From Nitrospinales bacterium (GTDB taxonomy: Bacteria; Nitrospinota; Nitrospinia; Nitrospinales; VA-1), in NCBI GenBank assembly GCA_965223345.1, contig CBDCWG010000012.1:2048001-2112000 (forward strand): a stretch of 64,000 nucleotides of DNA, written 5' to 3'. Both the position numbers and the translations under genes were made by a program. The notes under the pieces are model-generated. The model did no database searches, was not told where the DNA came from, and was given only the letters and a program-made list of their open reading frames with translations. Below, in pieces: positions 1-10,853 of the stretch. Position 1 is the stretch's first letter. Each line of letters starts with the position of its first letter.

Positions 1-2921
1 CTGATGAAGGAGATCATGACGATGCCGTTGAGCACCGCCACGCCGGACAGGGCGATGAACCCGACGGCGGCGGAGATCGACAGCGGGATGCCGCGCATCC
101 ACAGGGATAAAAAGCCGCCGGTGAGCGCCAGCGGAACGCCGGAAAACACCAGCAGGGAATTTTTGATCGACCCGAACGCCGCGAAAAGCAGCACGAGGAT
201 GAAGCCGAGGGCGATGGGAACGACGATCCACAGGCGTTTCCCCGCAGAGAGCAAATGCTCGAACTGGCCGCCCCAGGTGAACCAGTAACCGGCGGGCAGG
301 GAAATCTTCTCGTCGATGGCTTTCTGCGCCTCGTCCACGAACGAGCCCAGGTCGCGCCCGCGCACGTTGGCGGTGACGACCACGCGCCGCTTGCTGTTTT
401 CGCGGCTGATCTGGTTTGGCCCTTTCGTCAGGTCGAAGTCCGCGACGGTTCCCAGCGGGATGGTGCGGGTGCGTGCCTCGCTGCCGGACTGATCCGCTGT
501 GGACACGCGGTGCTCGGTGGTGGTTTTTTCGGGAAAGGGGATGGGAATCCGTTTTAAAAGTTCCAGGTTGGTCCGGGTTTTCTCGGGCAGGCGCACCATC
601 AGGTCGAAACGCCGGTCCCCTTCGTACACCTGGCCCGCGATCTTGCCGCCGACGGCGATTGCCACCACCTCCTGCACGTCGGCCACATTGAGTCCCAATC
701 GCGCCATCTCCATGCGGTCGAGCTTCAAAGACAGGATCGGCAGGCCGCTCACCTGCTCGACGCGCACGTCGGAAGCGCCGGGGATCTCCGGCAGCAGGTG
801 CGCCACCTCATCGGCCTTGGCGAGCAGCACGTCGAGATCGTCGCCGAAGATCTTCACCGCCACGTCGCTGCGCACGCCGGCGATCAACTCGTTGAAGCGC
901 ATCTGGATGGGCTGGGTGATTTCATACTTGTTGCCCGGCACCTCCGCCAGTTTCCGTTCGATTTTTTTTGTCAGCTCCGATTTCGGCATTTTCGGGTCGG
1001 CCCACCGCTCGCGCGGTTTCACCATCGCAAACACGTCCGCCACGCTGGGAGGCATGGGGTCGGTGGCGATGTCGGGGGTGCCGATCTTGGCGAACACGTG
1101 GTCGATTTCGGGCACCTCGCGGATCTTGTCCTCGAGCGTGTCCTGCATGCGGACGGCCTGCGACAGGCTCGTCCCCGGCACCCGTAAAGCGTGGATGGCG
1201 TAATCGCCCTCGTCCAGGGTCGGCAGGAACTCGCTGCCCATGCGGGTGGAGAGCAAAAGGCTCAAGGCGACCAGCACGCTGGAAAGGGTGATGACGACGG
1301 GGCGGTTGTTCAGGGACCAGCGCAGCCCCGGTGCGTAAAGTCTTCGCAGCCAGGCCATCACGGTGTTTTCCTTTTCCGTCACGCGGCCGCTGGCGAATTG
1401 CGCCATCATGGCGGGGATGAAGGTGATGGACAGGATCAGCGCCCCGGCCAGGGCCGCCAGCACGGTGAACGCCATGGGCTTGAACATCTTGCCTTCGACG
1501 CCGGTGAGGGTGAGGATGGGCAGGTACACCACCATGATGATGAACACGCCGAAGATGCTGGGTCGGGAGACCTGCGCCGCCGCAGCGCGCACCACGGCGA
1601 AGCGTTCCTCGCGTTTGAGCAGCCGGCCGAGCCGCTTCTGCTCCTCCGCCAGACGGCGGCTGCAGTTTTCCACGATGATGACCGCGCCGTCCACGATGAT
1701 GCCGAAATCGATGGCGCCGAGGCTCAACAGGTTGCCGCTGATGCGGTTGCTCACCATGCCGGTCACCGCGAATAGCATGGACAGCGGAATCACCAGCGCC
1801 GTGATGACCGCGGCGCGGATGTTGCCCAACAGCAGGAACAGCACGGCGATCACCAGCACCGCGCCTTCCAGCAGGTTGTTGCGCACGGTCTTGAGCGTGG
1901 CGTTCACCAGCTTGGTGCGGTCGTAAACGGTGGTCGCAGTCACCGCTTCGGGGAGGGTGCGGTTGATTTTTTCCATCCTCTCTGCTACCCGCTGCGAGAC
2001 CGAGCGGCTGTTTTCGCCTTTCAGCATCAGCACGGTCCCGAGCACCGTTTCCCTGCCGTTGCGGGTGGCGGCGCCGGTGCGCAGCTCCCTGCCGAGCGCG
2101 ACTTCCGCCAGATCCTGGATGTACACGGGGACGCCGCGGTGCGTGCCGACCACGATGCGTTTGATGTCCTCGATCCCCGCTACCTGGCCCGGCGCGCGGA
2201 TCAGGTACTGCTCGCCGCTATGTTCGATGTAGCCCGCGCCCTGATTGGCGTTGTTGGCCGCCAGCGCTTCCATGACCTGACGGAAGGTCACGTTGTAGGC
2301 GATGAGTTTCTGGGGATCGGGGGCGACGTGGTACTGCTTGACGAAGCCGCCGGCGCTGTTGACTTCCGTCACTCCCGGCAGGGTCATCAACTGCGGCTTG
2401 ATGATCCACTCCTGCACGGTTCGAAGGTGCATGGAGTTGAGCAGCTCGTCTTCGGGAGATGAAACGCTGTCGGTTTCCTCATTCTTTTCCACCGCCCACA
2501 TGAAGACCTCGCCGAGGCCGGTGGCGATGGGGCCCATCGTGGGTTCGATCCCGGAAGGCAGCGACGTTTTCACCTGCTGCAGGCGCTGGCTGATCAACTG
2601 CCGGGCGAAGTAGATGTCGGTGTCGTCCTCGAAGATGGCGGTGACCTGGGACAGGCCGTAACGGGAAAGCGAGCGCACGTGCGCCAGTTTGGGCAACCCG
2701 GCGATGGCGGTTTCGACGGGAAAGGTGATGCGCTGCTCGACCTCCAGCGGCGTGTAGCCCGGCGCTTCGGAGTTGATCTGCACCTGCACGTTGGTGATGT
2801 CCGGCACGGCGTCGATGGGAAGGATGTTGAAGTTGTAGATTCCCAGAAGCGCGATCACGAGCGTGGCGAGGATCACGAAGATCCGCTGTTTGATTGAGAC
2901 CTCGATTATTTTTTCAAGCAT
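1..2921 (-). CDS. czcA: CusA/CzcA-family heavy-metal efflux RND permease (3' end runs off the window)
   Basis: Not in the ORF track because its stop is outside the window. Manual translation from ATG 2921 gives [50 protein letters not shown]. Later motifs include [18 protein letters not shown] and [10 protein letters not shown]. Lies directly after the adaptor gene. Confidence 0.95.
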   Translation of the reverse strand, partial: MLEKIIEVSIKQRIFVILATLVIALLGIYNFNILPIDAVPDITNVQVQINSEAPGYTPLEVEQRITFPVETAIAGLPKLAHVRSLSRYGLSQVTAIFEDDTDIYFARQLISQRLQQVKTSLPSGIEPTMGPIATGLGEVFMWAVEKNEETDSVSSPEDELLNSMHLRTVQEWIIKPQLMTLPGVTEVNSAGGFVKQYHVAPDPQKLIAYNVTFRQVMEALAANNANQGAGYIEHSGEQYLIRAPGQVAGIEDIKRIVVGTHRGVPVYIQDLAEVALGRELRTGAATRNGRETVLGTVLMLKGENSRSVSQRVAERMEKINRTLPEAVTATTVYDRTKLVNATLKTVRNNLLEGAVLVIAVLFLLLGNIRAAVITALVIPLSMLFAVTGMVSNRISGNLLSLGAIDFGIIVDGAVIIVENCSRRLAEEQKRLGRLLKREERFAVVRAAAAQVSRPSIFGVFIIMVVYLPILTLTGVEGKMFKPMAFTVLAALAGALILSITFIPAMMAQFASGRVTEKENTVMAWLRRLYAPGLRWSLNNRPVVITLSSVLVALSLLLSTRMGSEFLPTLDEGDYAIHALRVPGTSLSQAVRMQDTLEDKIREVPEIDHVFAKIGTPDIATDPMPPSVADVFAMVKPRERWADPKMPKSELTKKIERKLAEVPGNKYEITQPIQMRFNELIAGVRSDVAVKIFGDDLDVLLAKADEVAHLLPEIPGASDVRVEQVSGLPILSLKLDRMEMARLGLNVADVQEVVAIAVGGKIAGQVYEGDRRFDLMVRLPEKTRTNLELLKRIPIPFPEKTTTEHRVSTADQSGSEARTRTIPLGTVADFDLTKGPNQISRENSKRRVVVTANVRGRDLGSFVDEAQKAIDEKISLPAGYWFTWGGQFEHLLSAGKRLWIVVPIALGFILVLLFAAFGSIKNSLLVFSGVPLALTGGFLSLWMRGIPLSISAAVGFIALSGVAVLNGIVMISFI

Positions 2922-2930
2922 CTCATCACC

Positions 2931-4748
2931 TCAGTGCGAATGCGTTGCGCCGGATTTTTCGATTTCCGCTTTCACGGCGAAACTGTTCTGCGCCGCATAG
3001 AGCTCGCCGCCGGAAAGACCTTCCAGCACTTCGACAAACGTGCCGTCGTTCTCGCCGAGCGTCAGCGGCTGCGCTTCAAAGAGATTGCCATAACGGACAA
3101 ACACCACCGACCAGTCCCTGAGGGTTTGCACGGCCCCGGAACGCACGGCCACCGGCGCTTCGCGATCATTCAATACCAGTTCGACGGTCACGAAGGTTCC
3201 CGGCCGCCAGGACCGGTCCGTGTTGGCAATGACGACGCGGGCGGTCACGGTGCGGGTGTTCTCTTCGATGATGGAACCGAGAAAGGTCAGCGTTCCCTCG
3301 GCTTCCTTGTCCAGGTGCTCGCCCCTGACTTTGACAAGCTGCCCCAGGCGCACGTTTTTCACTTCTTTTGCGGGGATGTCGATGTTCACCCAGACATTGG
3401 AAAGGTCCGCCAGCAGGAAGATGTCGTCGTCCTTTTTCACCGCTTCGCCGGTGGTCAAATGTTTTTTGATGACGGTGCCCTTCAGGGTGGAGCGCAGTTC
3501 GTACTCGGTGAATTTCCGCCCCTTCTCGTTCGCCAGCCCTTTGATCTCGCGGCGGGTGAGCCCCAGGGCGAGCAGCTTCTGGGTCGCGGTCTGCAAGTTG
3601 AGATTTTCCATCTCCATATTTTTCTTCTTCTGCCGCAATCCCCAATCGCCGTCATAGGCGATTTTTTCCCGCAGGGCGAGATAGGTCGCCTCGGCGCTTT
3701 TGACATTTTCCAGCGCCTGCAAAAATTCCGACTCGGAAGAGATGCCTTTTTCGAACAGGCGTTTTTCCCGCTGGTACACCGATTGCGCGAGCTGCACCTT
3801 GGCGTAGGCGGGAAGCAGCTGTTCGCGGTTCTCGCCGATCGGCAGGTCCTGCAGGCGGCGGTAGATCTCCTCGATCTCGAGTTTTTGCTGCAAGAGGTCG
3901 AGCATCTGTTGCGTGTTCGCGTAGATGATGTTTTCCCGCTCCAGGTCGGCCTGCACCAGTTCGCTCTGCTTGACGGCGGAGAGGTAGTTGATTTTCGCAT
4001 CCGCCAGCTCGCGGCTTTCCAGCACGGCGATCAGCTCCCCCTTTTTCACCTGGTCCCCCATGTCCTTGAACACTTTCTTGACGACGCCGTCCAGACGCGG
4101 AACGATGTGCACCACTTTTTCCTCGTTGAGCGCGATCTCTCCGGTCAGGCGCAGGACCTCCTGCAAGCGGGCGGGGCGGGCGGAATCCAGCACGATTCCC
4201 GCGGCCCGCATCGCCGCTTCGGAGAACTCCGCCTGTGCTTCGACCTGGGAAAAGGACCAATCGTAGGTGTTGCCTTTCCAGTGCGCTTGAATTTTTGCGA
4301 CGAAGGAATGCGGTTCGGAAACCTCGCGTTCTCCGAGCAGAAACTCTCCCGCCGGTTGAAAGCCGATGACATCGGTGCGCCCCAGCCGCTGCAGTTCGAT
4401 TTTCAGTTGCACTTCGCCGGGGTCGATGGGTTCGCCGGATGTGCGGCGGACGTACACGCGAAACTGCGGCGGCACGCCGTTTTCGTAAATCGTGACCTCG
4501 GTCTGGAATCCGCGCGAAGAAAACAGCCAGCCGCCGCGCGGTCCCCTGCGAACCTCCGCCTCCATGCCGGAATGCCCGGACTCATCCGAATGGCCATGTC
4601 CGATTTCAGCAGTATGGGAATTCCCGGAGTCGTGCATATGGGAATCGCTTTCGCTTGTGGTCTGCGGCTCCATCGTCCAGATGATTCCGGCCAGCACCGC
4701 GCCGGCGAGCAGGATGACGATCACGGGTTTTGAAAACAGCTCTTTCAT
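2931..4748 (-). CDS. czcB: CzcB-like RND periplasmic adaptor with His-rich N-terminal region and long helical hairpin
   Basis: N-terminal TM, HMHD..HGHSDESGH tract, lipoyl-type motif GDQVKKGELIAVLES, adaptor C-terminus TRTVTARV..RPGTFV..SFAVKAE. Sits between TolC-like and RND genes. Confidence 0.92.
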   Translation of the reverse strand: MKELFSKPVIVILLAGAVLAGIIWTMEPQTTSESDSHMHDSGNSHTAEIGHGHSDESGHSGMEAEVRRGPRGGWLFSSRGFQTEVTIYENGVPPQFRVYVRRTSGEPIDPGEVQLKIELQRLGRTDVIGFQPAGEFLLGEREVSEPHSFVAKIQAHWKGNTYDWSFSQVEAQAEFSEAAMRAAGIVLDSARPARLQEVLRLTGEIALNEEKVVHIVPRLDGVVKKVFKDMGDQVKKGELIAVLESRELADAKINYLSAVKQSELVQADLERENIIYANTQQMLDLLQQKLEIEEIYRRLQDLPIGENREQLLPAYAKVQLAQSVYQREKRLFEKGISSESEFLQALENVKSAEATYLALREKIAYDGDWGLRQKKKNMEMENLNLQTATQKLLALGLTRREIKGLANEKGRKFTEYELRSTLKGTVIKKHLTTGEAVKKDDDIFLLADLSNVWVNIDIPAKEVKNVRLGQLVKVRGEHLDKEAEGTLTFLGSIIEENTRTVTARVVIANTDRSWRPGTFVTVELVLNDREAPVAVRSGAVQTLRDWSVVFVRYGNLFEAQPLTLGENDGTFVEVLEGLSGGELYAAQNSFAVKAEIEKSGATHSH

Positions 4749-6043
4749 CGCGCATCGCCTCCCTCACCCTCAGGCGCATTCGGCGTCAGAGGCACCGCTG
4801 TGAGACGCTCCACCTCGGAAACCGCCTTGTGGTAATCCGCCAGCGCTTCGAGATACTGCTCCTGCGCCTGAAACAGGGTTTTCTGGCTGTCCAGCACATC
4901 GAGCAGGGAGAATTTGCCGAAACGGTACCCTTCGCTCACCCCGTCGAAGGCCTGCTGCGCTCCGGGAAGGATGCTTTTCTTGATGGCGATCACCTGCGAA
5001 TGGGAAAAGGACAACCGGTGAAACGCCTGATGCAAGGCGTTTTGGGTTTTCAATTCCGCCGCGCGCCGTTCTTCCTGGCTCTTGAGCAGCTCGTTGCGGG
5101 CCCGCGCGATGCCGCCCTGGTTGCGATCAAAAAACTGCAGCGGCAGGGACAGGCCGAACAACACGGTGTCGTCGTTTGTGTCTTCCAAACGCCGGTAACC
5201 GCCGCTGATCTCAAGGTCGGGGATCCTCTTGGCCTGCTCCAGATCCAGGATCGCCTGCCGGTTCTGCTGCTCGGTCTGCCAGCGGGCGAGATCGGGATTG
5301 AGAAACGCATTGGCTTTGAGCTGCTTCAGGGATGGGACCGGGGAAATGGAATAAAGGTCGCCCACCACGGTGCCGAAAGACGGCTCGAGTTCTCCCAGCA
5401 GCAGGGACAACTTGCGGCGGGAGGATTCGAGGTCCATCCCCACCCGATCGCGCGCGACCCGGCTGGATGCGACGATGATTTCGCCTTTGGTCTTTTCAAG
5501 GCGCGGGACCTTGCCGGCCTTGATTCTTTCGGAAACCACCTCCAGAAAGCGCTCTTCCAACCGGGAAACCTCGTCGGCCAGGGACAGCCGGTGCTGGTCC
5601 TTCAATACGTTCACAAAGGATTTTGTGACCTGCGCCAGAACGTCCAGCCGTTTGCTCTCGTAATTCCATTCGGAAAGTTCCTGCGACAGGGTTCCCGATT
5701 GTTTCCGTTTGGAGCGCTTGCCTCCCAGCTCGATGAGCTGGCTGAGCTGGATCGTCGTCTCGGCCAGGTCGGAAGGGCCGAGGTTTTCGACCTGGATGCC
5801 CAGTTTCGGGTTGGGCAGCAGTCCGGATTGCAGGGCTTCGGCCTCTTTCACCCGGCGCGCGTAAGAGAAAGCCGCAAGTTCCGGGTTGTTGAGCAGAGCC
5901 CGTTCGATCGCCTGCGCCAGTGTGAGGGGCCGGTTGGGTTCGTTCTTGATCTGCATTTTTCCTTCCTGCTGGGCCCATCCGGTTGCGGACAGGGCTGCGC
6001 AAAGCAGAAGCGCCAGCAGAGAGGAGGATATCGCTCGTTTCAT
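4745..6043 (-). CDS. czcC: CzcC/TolC-family outer-membrane efflux channel
   Basis: Likely start MKRAISS at 6043 with SD GGAG. Signal peptide, LTLAQAIERALLNNPEL, SLPLQFFDRNQG, YRFGKFSLLDVLD. Overlaps czcB by 4 nt. Confidence 0.92.
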   Translation of the reverse strand: MKRAISSSLLALLLCAALSATGWAQQEGKMQIKNEPNRPLTLAQAIERALLNNPELAAFSYARRVKEAEALQSGLLPNPKLGIQVENLGPSDLAETTIQLSQLIELGGKRSKRKQSGTLSQELSEWNYESKRLDVLAQVTKSFVNVLKDQHRLSLADEVSRLEERFLEVVSERIKAGKVPRLEKTKGEIIVASSRVARDRVGMDLESSRRKLSLLLGELEPSFGTVVGDLYSISPVPSLKQLKANAFLNPDLARWQTEQQNRQAILDLEQAKRIPDLEISGGYRRLEDTNDDTVLFGLSLPLQFFDRNQGGIARARNELLKSQEERRAAELKTQNALHQAFHRLSFSHSQVIAIKKSILPGAQQAFDGVSEGYRFGKFSLLDVLDSQKTLFQAQEQYLEALADYHKAVSEVERLTAVPLTPNAPEGEGGDAR

Positions 6044-6180
6044 ATCCGTCTCCACGAACGGCGAGCGGGATCGCCGATCCAGAGTGCGCAAAGACACACC
6101 GGCAGAGCACGTCATTCCCAATGGAGACGTTGCTGCAGTTTGTCCTTACTCAGGGGTTGATTGGAAAAAGGGTTGCGACG

Positions 6181-6648
6181 TCAAACGAGCGAAACGGGGG
6201 GCGAACGTTCCTGCGGCCGGGAAAGAAAAACAGCGCTGGCATAAGGCCGCGCTTGCGAGAAGGATGATTCCGCCGAGGCGTATTTGAAATGAGAAGGCGG
6301 CTCATGCAGTGCCGGCAGTTTTTTTGCCTTGAGCAAAAATTCGGGCTTCAGCCCATCCTTGTCCAGATCGACTTTCTGGTGTTCGGACGCGGGGCCCTCA
6401 CACGGGCAGGAATGGGCGTGCTCACCGTGATGATCGTGGTCCGCAGGATGCAGGGCGAAGGCGTGTGCCAGTTGATGCAATTCCGGGCTGTGAATGTGCG
6501 CGTCGTGCGAATGCTCGGATGCGTGCCCGTCGTGCGCGTGAACCGTTTGCGGGTGGTAATGGATCAGGGGGGAAAAGAGAAAGCTGAAGACCCATATGAA
6601 CACGAAGGCAAAAAAAACGCCGGGTCTGCCTTTTAACCGCTGGGTCAT
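6181..6648 (-). CDS. His-rich leader protein (DUF2946/CzcI-like) with N-terminal TM, CxC and C-terminal RSPP
   Basis: MTQRLKGRPGVFFAFVFIWVFSFLFSPLIHYH...HDHHGEHAHSCPC...QERSPPVSLV. Immediately upstream of czcC on the same strand. Start is uncertain (ORF track extends to 6750). Confidence 0.7.
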   Translation of the reverse strand: MTQRLKGRPGVFFAFVFIWVFSFLFSPLIHYHPQTVHAHDGHASEHSHDAHIHSPELHQLAHAFALHPADHDHHGEHAHSCPCEGPASEHQKVDLDKDGLKPEFLLKAKKLPALHEPPSHFKYASAESSFSQARPYASAVFLSRPQERSPPVSLV

Positions 6649-6835
6649 CGGTCCACTCTCACACACAATTTCAGGATTATCCTTCATTGTATGAAAATTC
6701 AGTAAGTTATGGCAAATTTTTTTCGATCCCGTAAAAAAGCCTTTCACCATGAGGGTTTGCGGCTTTTTTCTCCACCGGAAGCGGATGGGCGGGCGGCGTT
6801 TTCAGGCGGGGCGGGGAGGGTGCGGTTTCAATGGG

Positions 6836-7222
6836 TCAGTCCTCTTTGAGCTTTAAGGTCCGCTGTATTTTGCTCGACAGGTTTTCCACGTCATAGGGCT
6901 TGGTGACGTAATTTTTGATCCCGCGGGTTCGGGCTTCAAGGATGTCTTCTTTCTTTTTCTTTGCGGTGAGCAAAATAAAAGGGATGTCCCCGGATTTCTT
7001 CTGGATCGCCTCGAACAACTCCAGCCCGTCCCGTTTGGGCAACTCCCAATCCGAGATCACCAGGTCGATCTTTTCTTTCGCGATCAATTCCAGGGCTTCT
7101 TCGCCGTCTCCGGCCAGCATGATGTCGGAAAACCCCATCTCCTTGAGCTGATTGGAAATCTGTTCCTGTGATTGAAGCTCATCGTCCACGATGAGAACGG
7201 TTTTTGCGATGGGTTTTTTCAT
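6836..7222 (-). CDS. Single-domain CheY-like response regulator
   Basis: VLIVDD, LVISDWELP (phospho-Asp), LLTA and YVTKP receiver motifs. Downstream of a chemoreceptor. Confidence 0.9.
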   Translation of the reverse strand: MKKPIAKTVLIVDDELQSQEQISNQLKEMGFSDIMLAGDGEEALELIAKEKIDLVISDWELPKRDGLELFEAIQKKSGDIPFILLTAKKKKEDILEARTRGIKNYVTKPYDVENLSSKIQRTLKLKED

Positions 7223-7455
7223 CAAAGCCGGTCCGCGGAGAGTTGGAACGCTCGACTGCGATTGTTTTTATTGCCGTTTTGTATTGAAACCGGCAACAAT
7301 CTAACAGCGATTTTTAGTGTAAATAAAAAAACGAATACAAAATATCGTTAAAATCAATATTTGTCTGTAGGTGGAGGAAGACAGGCGGTCATTTAGTTAT
7401 TACAGGCCGGCGGGAGAGGCGCGGAGGGAGCGGACGGATGCGCTCTGATTTTAAT

Positions 7456-7502
7456 AAAAAAAGGGCTCCTGCCGAAAAAAACGGATCGGGGAGCCCTTTT
7501 TC
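7456..7502 (-). terminator. Rho-independent terminator after the MCP gene
   Basis: AAAAAAGGGCTCC...GGAGCCCTTTTTT inverted repeat with A/T tails on both sides, 13 nt past the MCP stop. Confidence 0.75.
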
Positions 7503-7515
7503 GAAGAGTGGGTGA

Positions 7516-10020
7516 TCAGCGATTCAGCACATCGTTTTTGGTGGAGAGGGCGATCTGGGCCGCCTCCTGAATCAGGTCATTCGGGACATTCAATTCTTTC
7601 AGGGTATTTCCCAGATGCCCGATGACGGCGTCGAAATGGCTGTCGTTCATTCCCTTCGCCACCAGATTCTGATGCGCGGCACGCAGGCTCTTGCCGCTGT
7701 AGTTGGGCGCACCGCCGAAAGCATAGGTCAAAAACGCCCGCTGCTTGTTTCTCTGCCGCGTCATGTCGATCCCGTCGAAGAACGGTTTCAACTGGGGATC
7801 GGCCATGACCTTCTGATAGAACAGGTCCACAGCCGCATCGACCGCCGGCTTGCCGCCTAGGCGCTCAAAAAGGCTTTTTTTTTCCGCCGATCCGCTGGTA
7901 GAAACGTCCACTTTAAACTGGCTGACGATATTCTGCAGCTCGGAAGACATTCTGGCCAACTCTTCTGCTGATTGCTGAGAGTTGTTTGCTCCCTGGGTGG
8001 TGCTCTGAGCGGCCTCGGCGACGCCGGTGATGTTCTGGGCGATCTCCTGGGTGCCCTTGGCGGCTTCGGTGACGTTGCGGCCGATCTCGGCGGTGGTGGC
8101 CGACTGCTCCTCCACCGCGCTGGCGATGGTGTTGGAGATGTCGTTGATCCTGTTGATGACCTCCGTGATCTCTCCAATGGCGTCCACGGATTTTTTTGTG
8201 TCTTCCTGGATGGTTTCGATTTTTCCGCCGATGTCTTCTGTGGCTTTGGCGGTCTGGTTGGCCAGCTCCTTCACCTCGTTGGCCACGACGGCGAATCCTT
8301 TGCCGGCCTCACCGGCGCGCGCGGCTTCGATCGTGGCGTTCAAGGCCAATAGATTGGTTTGTTCCGCGATGGAAGTGATGACTTTGATCACCTGGCCGAT
8401 TTCGACGGAGCTTTCCCCCAGCTTGGTCACTGTGGCGTTGGTGTTTTTCGCGACATCCACGGCGGAGTTGGCCACTTTTGCCGCCTCGTTGGCATTCTGC
8501 GCGATCTCCTTGATGCTGGCGCTCATCTCTTCGGTGCCGGTCGCCACGGTATCGACGTTTTTGCTGACTTCCTCAGAAGCCGCTGCCACTACGTTGGCCT
8601 GGGCGGAGGTTTCTTCGGCGTTTCCGGCCAACTGCTGACTGACGGAGGTCAACTCCTCGGACGATGAAGCCAGCGAGTTGGCGTTGCTGCCGATTTGCGC
8701 GACATTTTCACGTAAATTTTCAAGAAACCTGGATAATCCTTCCCCGATTTGACCCAGGTCGTCCGATCCGGTCACATCCAGTTTCTGGGTCAAATCCCCC
8801 TCGCTTGCTTTGCTGACCACGTTCATTATTTTTGCCACCCGGAGAACCTTTTCCGTCAAATCGCTGGCAAACTTGACGACTTTAAAGGGTTTTCCGCTCA
8901 TATCGAAAATAGGGTTGTAGGTGGCCTGAATCCAGACTTCCTTGCCGTTTTTCCCCAGCCGCTTGTATTCGCCCGAATCGAACTCACCGCGATTGAGCTT
9001 TTCCCAAAATGCTTTGTATTCTGCGCTATTGGCATAGGAGCTTTCGCAGAAGATGCGGTGGTGCTGGCCCTTGATCTCATCGAGGGAGTAACCGACGGTG
9101 TCCAGGAAATTGTCGTTGGCGGTGATGATCGTGCCGTCCATATTGAATGAGATGACCGCCTGGGATTTCCCGATCGCGTCGATCTGGCCCTGAAAATCCG
9201 CGTTCTGGAGTTTCCGCTCCGTGATATCGGTGGCAAACTTGACGACTTTAAAGGGTTTTCCGCTCATATCGAAAATAGGGTTGTAGGTGGCCTGAATCCA
9301 GACTTCCTTGCCGTTTTTCCCCAGCCGCTTGTATTCGCCCGAATCGAACTCACCGCGATTGAGCTTTTCCCAAAATGCTTTGTATTCTGCGCTATTGGCA
9401 TAGGAGCTTTCGCAGAAGATGCGGTGGTGCTGGCCCTTGATCTCATCGAGGGAGTAACCGACTGTGTTTATGAAATTGTCGTTGGCGGTGATGATCGTGC
9501 CATCCATATTGAATGAGATGACCGCCTGGGATTTCCCGATCGCGTCGATCTGGCCTTCCTGCTCGAGGCTCTGAAGTTTTTGCTGAGTGATGTCCTGGGC
9601 GATTTTTATGACCTTGACCACCGCTCCCGATGAATTTTTTACCGGCATGTAAGAAGCACTCAGGTAAATCGGTTCACCGTTTTTTTTTATCCGGTTGAAC
9701 TCCCGGGTCTGGGATTTGCCCATACTCAATTGCGCCCAGAAATCCCGGTACTCCGGGCTGTTGGCGTAGGCACTCTCGCAGAACATCCTGTGGTGCTGGC
9801 CTGCGATTTCATTTAAGGTGTATCCCATTCCTTTGAGAAAATTTTCATTCGCAGTGATGATGGTGCCGTCGGGCTTAAATTCGATGACCGCCAGAGCATT
9901 GTGGATGGCATCGAACTGATTGCGCAGTTCAGCCACTCCATTTTTTCCATTCCTGAAAACTTTGAACAATTTCAAACCACTTGATGTGGATTCAGTTGAG
10001 CTGTAAGTCGTTACTCCCAT
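7516..10020 (-). CDS. Soluble methyl-accepting chemotaxis protein: 3xPAS, HAMP-like linker, MA domain, C-terminal group I truncated haemoglobin
   Basis: Three PAS/PAC units (ANENFL..GY..EI.GQHHR), MCP hairpin [37 protein letters not shown], then [27 protein letters not shown]. No TM segment. Start 10020 has SD GAGG. Confidence 0.93.
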   Translation of the reverse strand: MGVTTYSSTESTSSGLKLFKVFRNGKNGVAELRNQFDAIHNALAVIEFKPDGTIITANENFLKGMGYTLNEIAGQHHRMFCESAYANSPEYRDFWAQLSMGKSQTREFNRIKKNGEPIYLSASYMPVKNSSGAVVKVIKIAQDITQQKLQSLEQEGQIDAIGKSQAVISFNMDGTIITANDNFINTVGYSLDEIKGQHHRIFCESSYANSAEYKAFWEKLNRGEFDSGEYKRLGKNGKEVWIQATYNPIFDMSGKPFKVVKFATDITERKLQNADFQGQIDAIGKSQAVISFNMDGTIITANDNFLDTVGYSLDEIKGQHHRIFCESSYANSAEYKAFWEKLNRGEFDSGEYKRLGKNGKEVWIQATYNPIFDMSGKPFKVVKFASDLTEKVLRVAKIMNVVSKASEGDLTQKLDVTGSDDLGQIGEGLSRFLENLRENVAQIGSNANSLASSSEELTSVSQQLAGNAEETSAQANVVAAASEEVSKNVDTVATGTEEMSASIKEIAQNANEAAKVANSAVDVAKNTNATVTKLGESSVEIGQVIKVITSIAEQTNLLALNATIEAARAGEAGKGFAVVANEVKELANQTAKATEDIGGKIETIQEDTKKSVDAIGEITEVINRINDISNTIASAVEEQSATTAEIGRNVTEAAKGTQEIAQNITGVAEAAQSTTQGANNSQQSAEELARMSSELQNIVSQFKVDVSTSGSAEKKSLFERLGGKPAVDAAVDLFYQKVMADPQLKPFFDGIDMTRQRNKQRAFLTYAFGGAPNYSGKSLRAAHQNLVAKGMNDSHFDAVIGHLGNTLKELNVPNDLIQEAAQIALSTKNDVLNR
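8865..9555. repeat. Near-identical direct repeat (8865-9189 and 9231-9555; 366-bp period) encoding PAS domains 2 and 3
   Basis: Both copies begin TGGCAAACTTGACGACTTTAAAGGG and end GATCTGGCC. Only a few substitutions seen (NFINTV vs NFLDTV). Confidence 0.95.
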
Positions 10021-10199
10021 GGGTTCTACCTCATGACTTTGAATAGGTGGGGGGGCACTTCTATAAAAACAAGGAATACAATTGTAAATAAAAAGAGGAG
10101 TGCGAAATATCATCACATTGATTTAAATTTTGTAATGATTCCGCCTGATTGAGTCATTTTATTATGACGTTCGGGCCAGCAGGTCTGGAAGAGGGAGGG

Positions 10200-10853
10200 C
10201 TACTGGATCAGATTCTTCTGATAGGCGTATTTCGTCAATTGGCTGTTGTTCTCGAGTTCCAGTTTCACCAGGATGCGGGTTCGATAGGTTCCCACGGTGG
10301 GCACCGCCAGGTTGAGTTCCTCGGCGATGTGGGTGAGCTTCTTTCCGGAAGCGATCATGATGAAGATTTGAAACTCGCGCGGGGACAGTTTCTCATGCGG
10401 CAGGGGGTTGTAGCCTTTTGAGAAAATCGACACCATCTTTTCCGCACTGCTGGGGCTCACGTATTTTCCTCCACCGGCGACCTTGCGGATCGCTTCCACC
10501 AGCTCGCTGTGGACACTGTCTTTGGTGATGTAGCCCATGGCACCGGCCTTGAAAAAATGGATGGCGAAGTCCTCCTCCGGAGACACGCTCAATATGATGA
10601 CCTTGAGGTCGGGATGGTGCCGTTCGATCTCTTCCATCACTTCCCAGCCGGTTTTTCTGGGCATGGTGATGTCCAAGAGCAGGACGTCGATGTCGTGCTC
10701 ATCGATTTTTTCGAGCAGCGTCATCCCGTCTTCGGCCTCCAGCACGAGCTCGAAGTCTTTGTTGTTTGCGATGATTTGCGTCAGGCCCATGCGAATCAAC
10801 TCATGGTCGTCGGCGATGGCGATCTTTATTTTATTCGGCGGTGCGGCAATCAT
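10200..10853 (-). CDS. NarL/UvrY-family DNA-binding response regulator (REC + LuxR HTH)
   Basis: IADDHELIR, LLDITMP, LSPREFQI..IAEELNLAVPTVGTYRTRILVKL. Overlaps the kinase stop. Confidence 0.93.
   Translation of the reverse strand: MIAAPPNKIKIAIADDHELIRMGLTQIIANNKDFELVLEAEDGMTLLEKIDEHDIDVLLLDITMPRKTGWEVMEEIERHHPDLKVIILSVSPEEDFAIHFFKAGAMGYITKDSVHSELVEAIRKVAGGGKYVSPSSAEKMVSIFSKGYNPLPHEKLSPREFQIFIMIASGKKLTHIAEELNLAVPTVGTYRTRILVKLELENNSQLTKYAYQKNLIQ

Noticed and set aside
2934..6160. Long plus-strand ORFs (599 aa, 476 aa) and many small plus-strand ORFs over 1-2900
   Set aside because: Antisense shadows of czcCBA, expected from GC-rich codon bias; no recognisable motifs.
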